DNA of 64,000 nucleotides from Mizuhopecten yessoensis (Eukaryota), in the NCBI RefSeq assembly GCF_002113885.1, contig NW_018408838.1:477108-541107 (forward strand), in the 5' to 3' direction. Shown here piece after piece: positions 63,701-64,000 of this stretch. Each line of letters begins with the position of its first letter. Position 1 is the stretch's first letter. The notes under the pieces were generated by a model. That model saw only the letters and a program-made list of their open reading frames with translations. It did no database searches and had not been told where the DNA came from. A program made the position numbers and the translations under genes.

Positions 63701-64000
63701 ATAGATTATTTTTATTTTACAGAGCTAATGTTTATTGTTCAACATATGTACGACTTGTATCTTGGTAGTATTAATATTAATACCTGGCCTCCTCTGCTCT
63801 GACGACGCAATATATAAAAAAAAAAAAAACTTGTCGTCAGAAAGCTACGTTTGCAGCTCTTAATTGAAGATCGGATGACCGAACGAGCCCCGCCATGGGG
63901 TAGGCATTCGGGTAATTTCGGCCCCCATTGGAATCAGCTTAATTATGATGTCCTATAGCATGCAACGTCAGACTTTTTATGTGTTTCATGGGCCGAACTT

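Overview
Eukaryotic, AT-rich, intron-containing genomic DNA. It is most likely from a bivalve mollusc (inferred from the SINE and Helentron/HINE-type repeats), and nothing in it looks prokaryotic. By matching splice sites and reading-frame phases by hand I reconstructed six protein-coding genes: (1) a secreted type-B carboxylesterase with a hydrophobic, possibly GPI, tail (+, 5988-8767); (2) a 125-aa Thr-rich GPI-mucin-like protein (+, 18181-18925); (3) tandem-CARD gene A (-, 23841-25524); (4) a 298-aa cytosolic protein rich in tyrosine motifs, including an ITAM-spaced pair (gene C, -, 34883-35779); (5) tandem-CARD gene B (+, 38893-43182), a diverged paralogue of A; (6) a complete 9-exon gamma-glutamyl hydrolase (-, 49305-57058). 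The best candidate for an undescribed system is the A/C/B cluster. A and B share a helical N-terminus, a CARD, a second death-fold domain bracketed by conserved CxxC...CxC (putative zinc clasp) and a disordered tail. A and C carry dense SH2-docking tyrosine motifs, and C and B are head-to-head around a kappaB/STAT/ETS/TATA motif cluster. Other notable items: intronic minisatellites copied from the neighbouring GGH exon and splice junctions, two hairpin MITEs with CATAGG ends and 7-bp TSDs, and a 5.3-kb TIR-bounded nested element. Most long ORFs in the supplied track are artefacts of tandem repeats.
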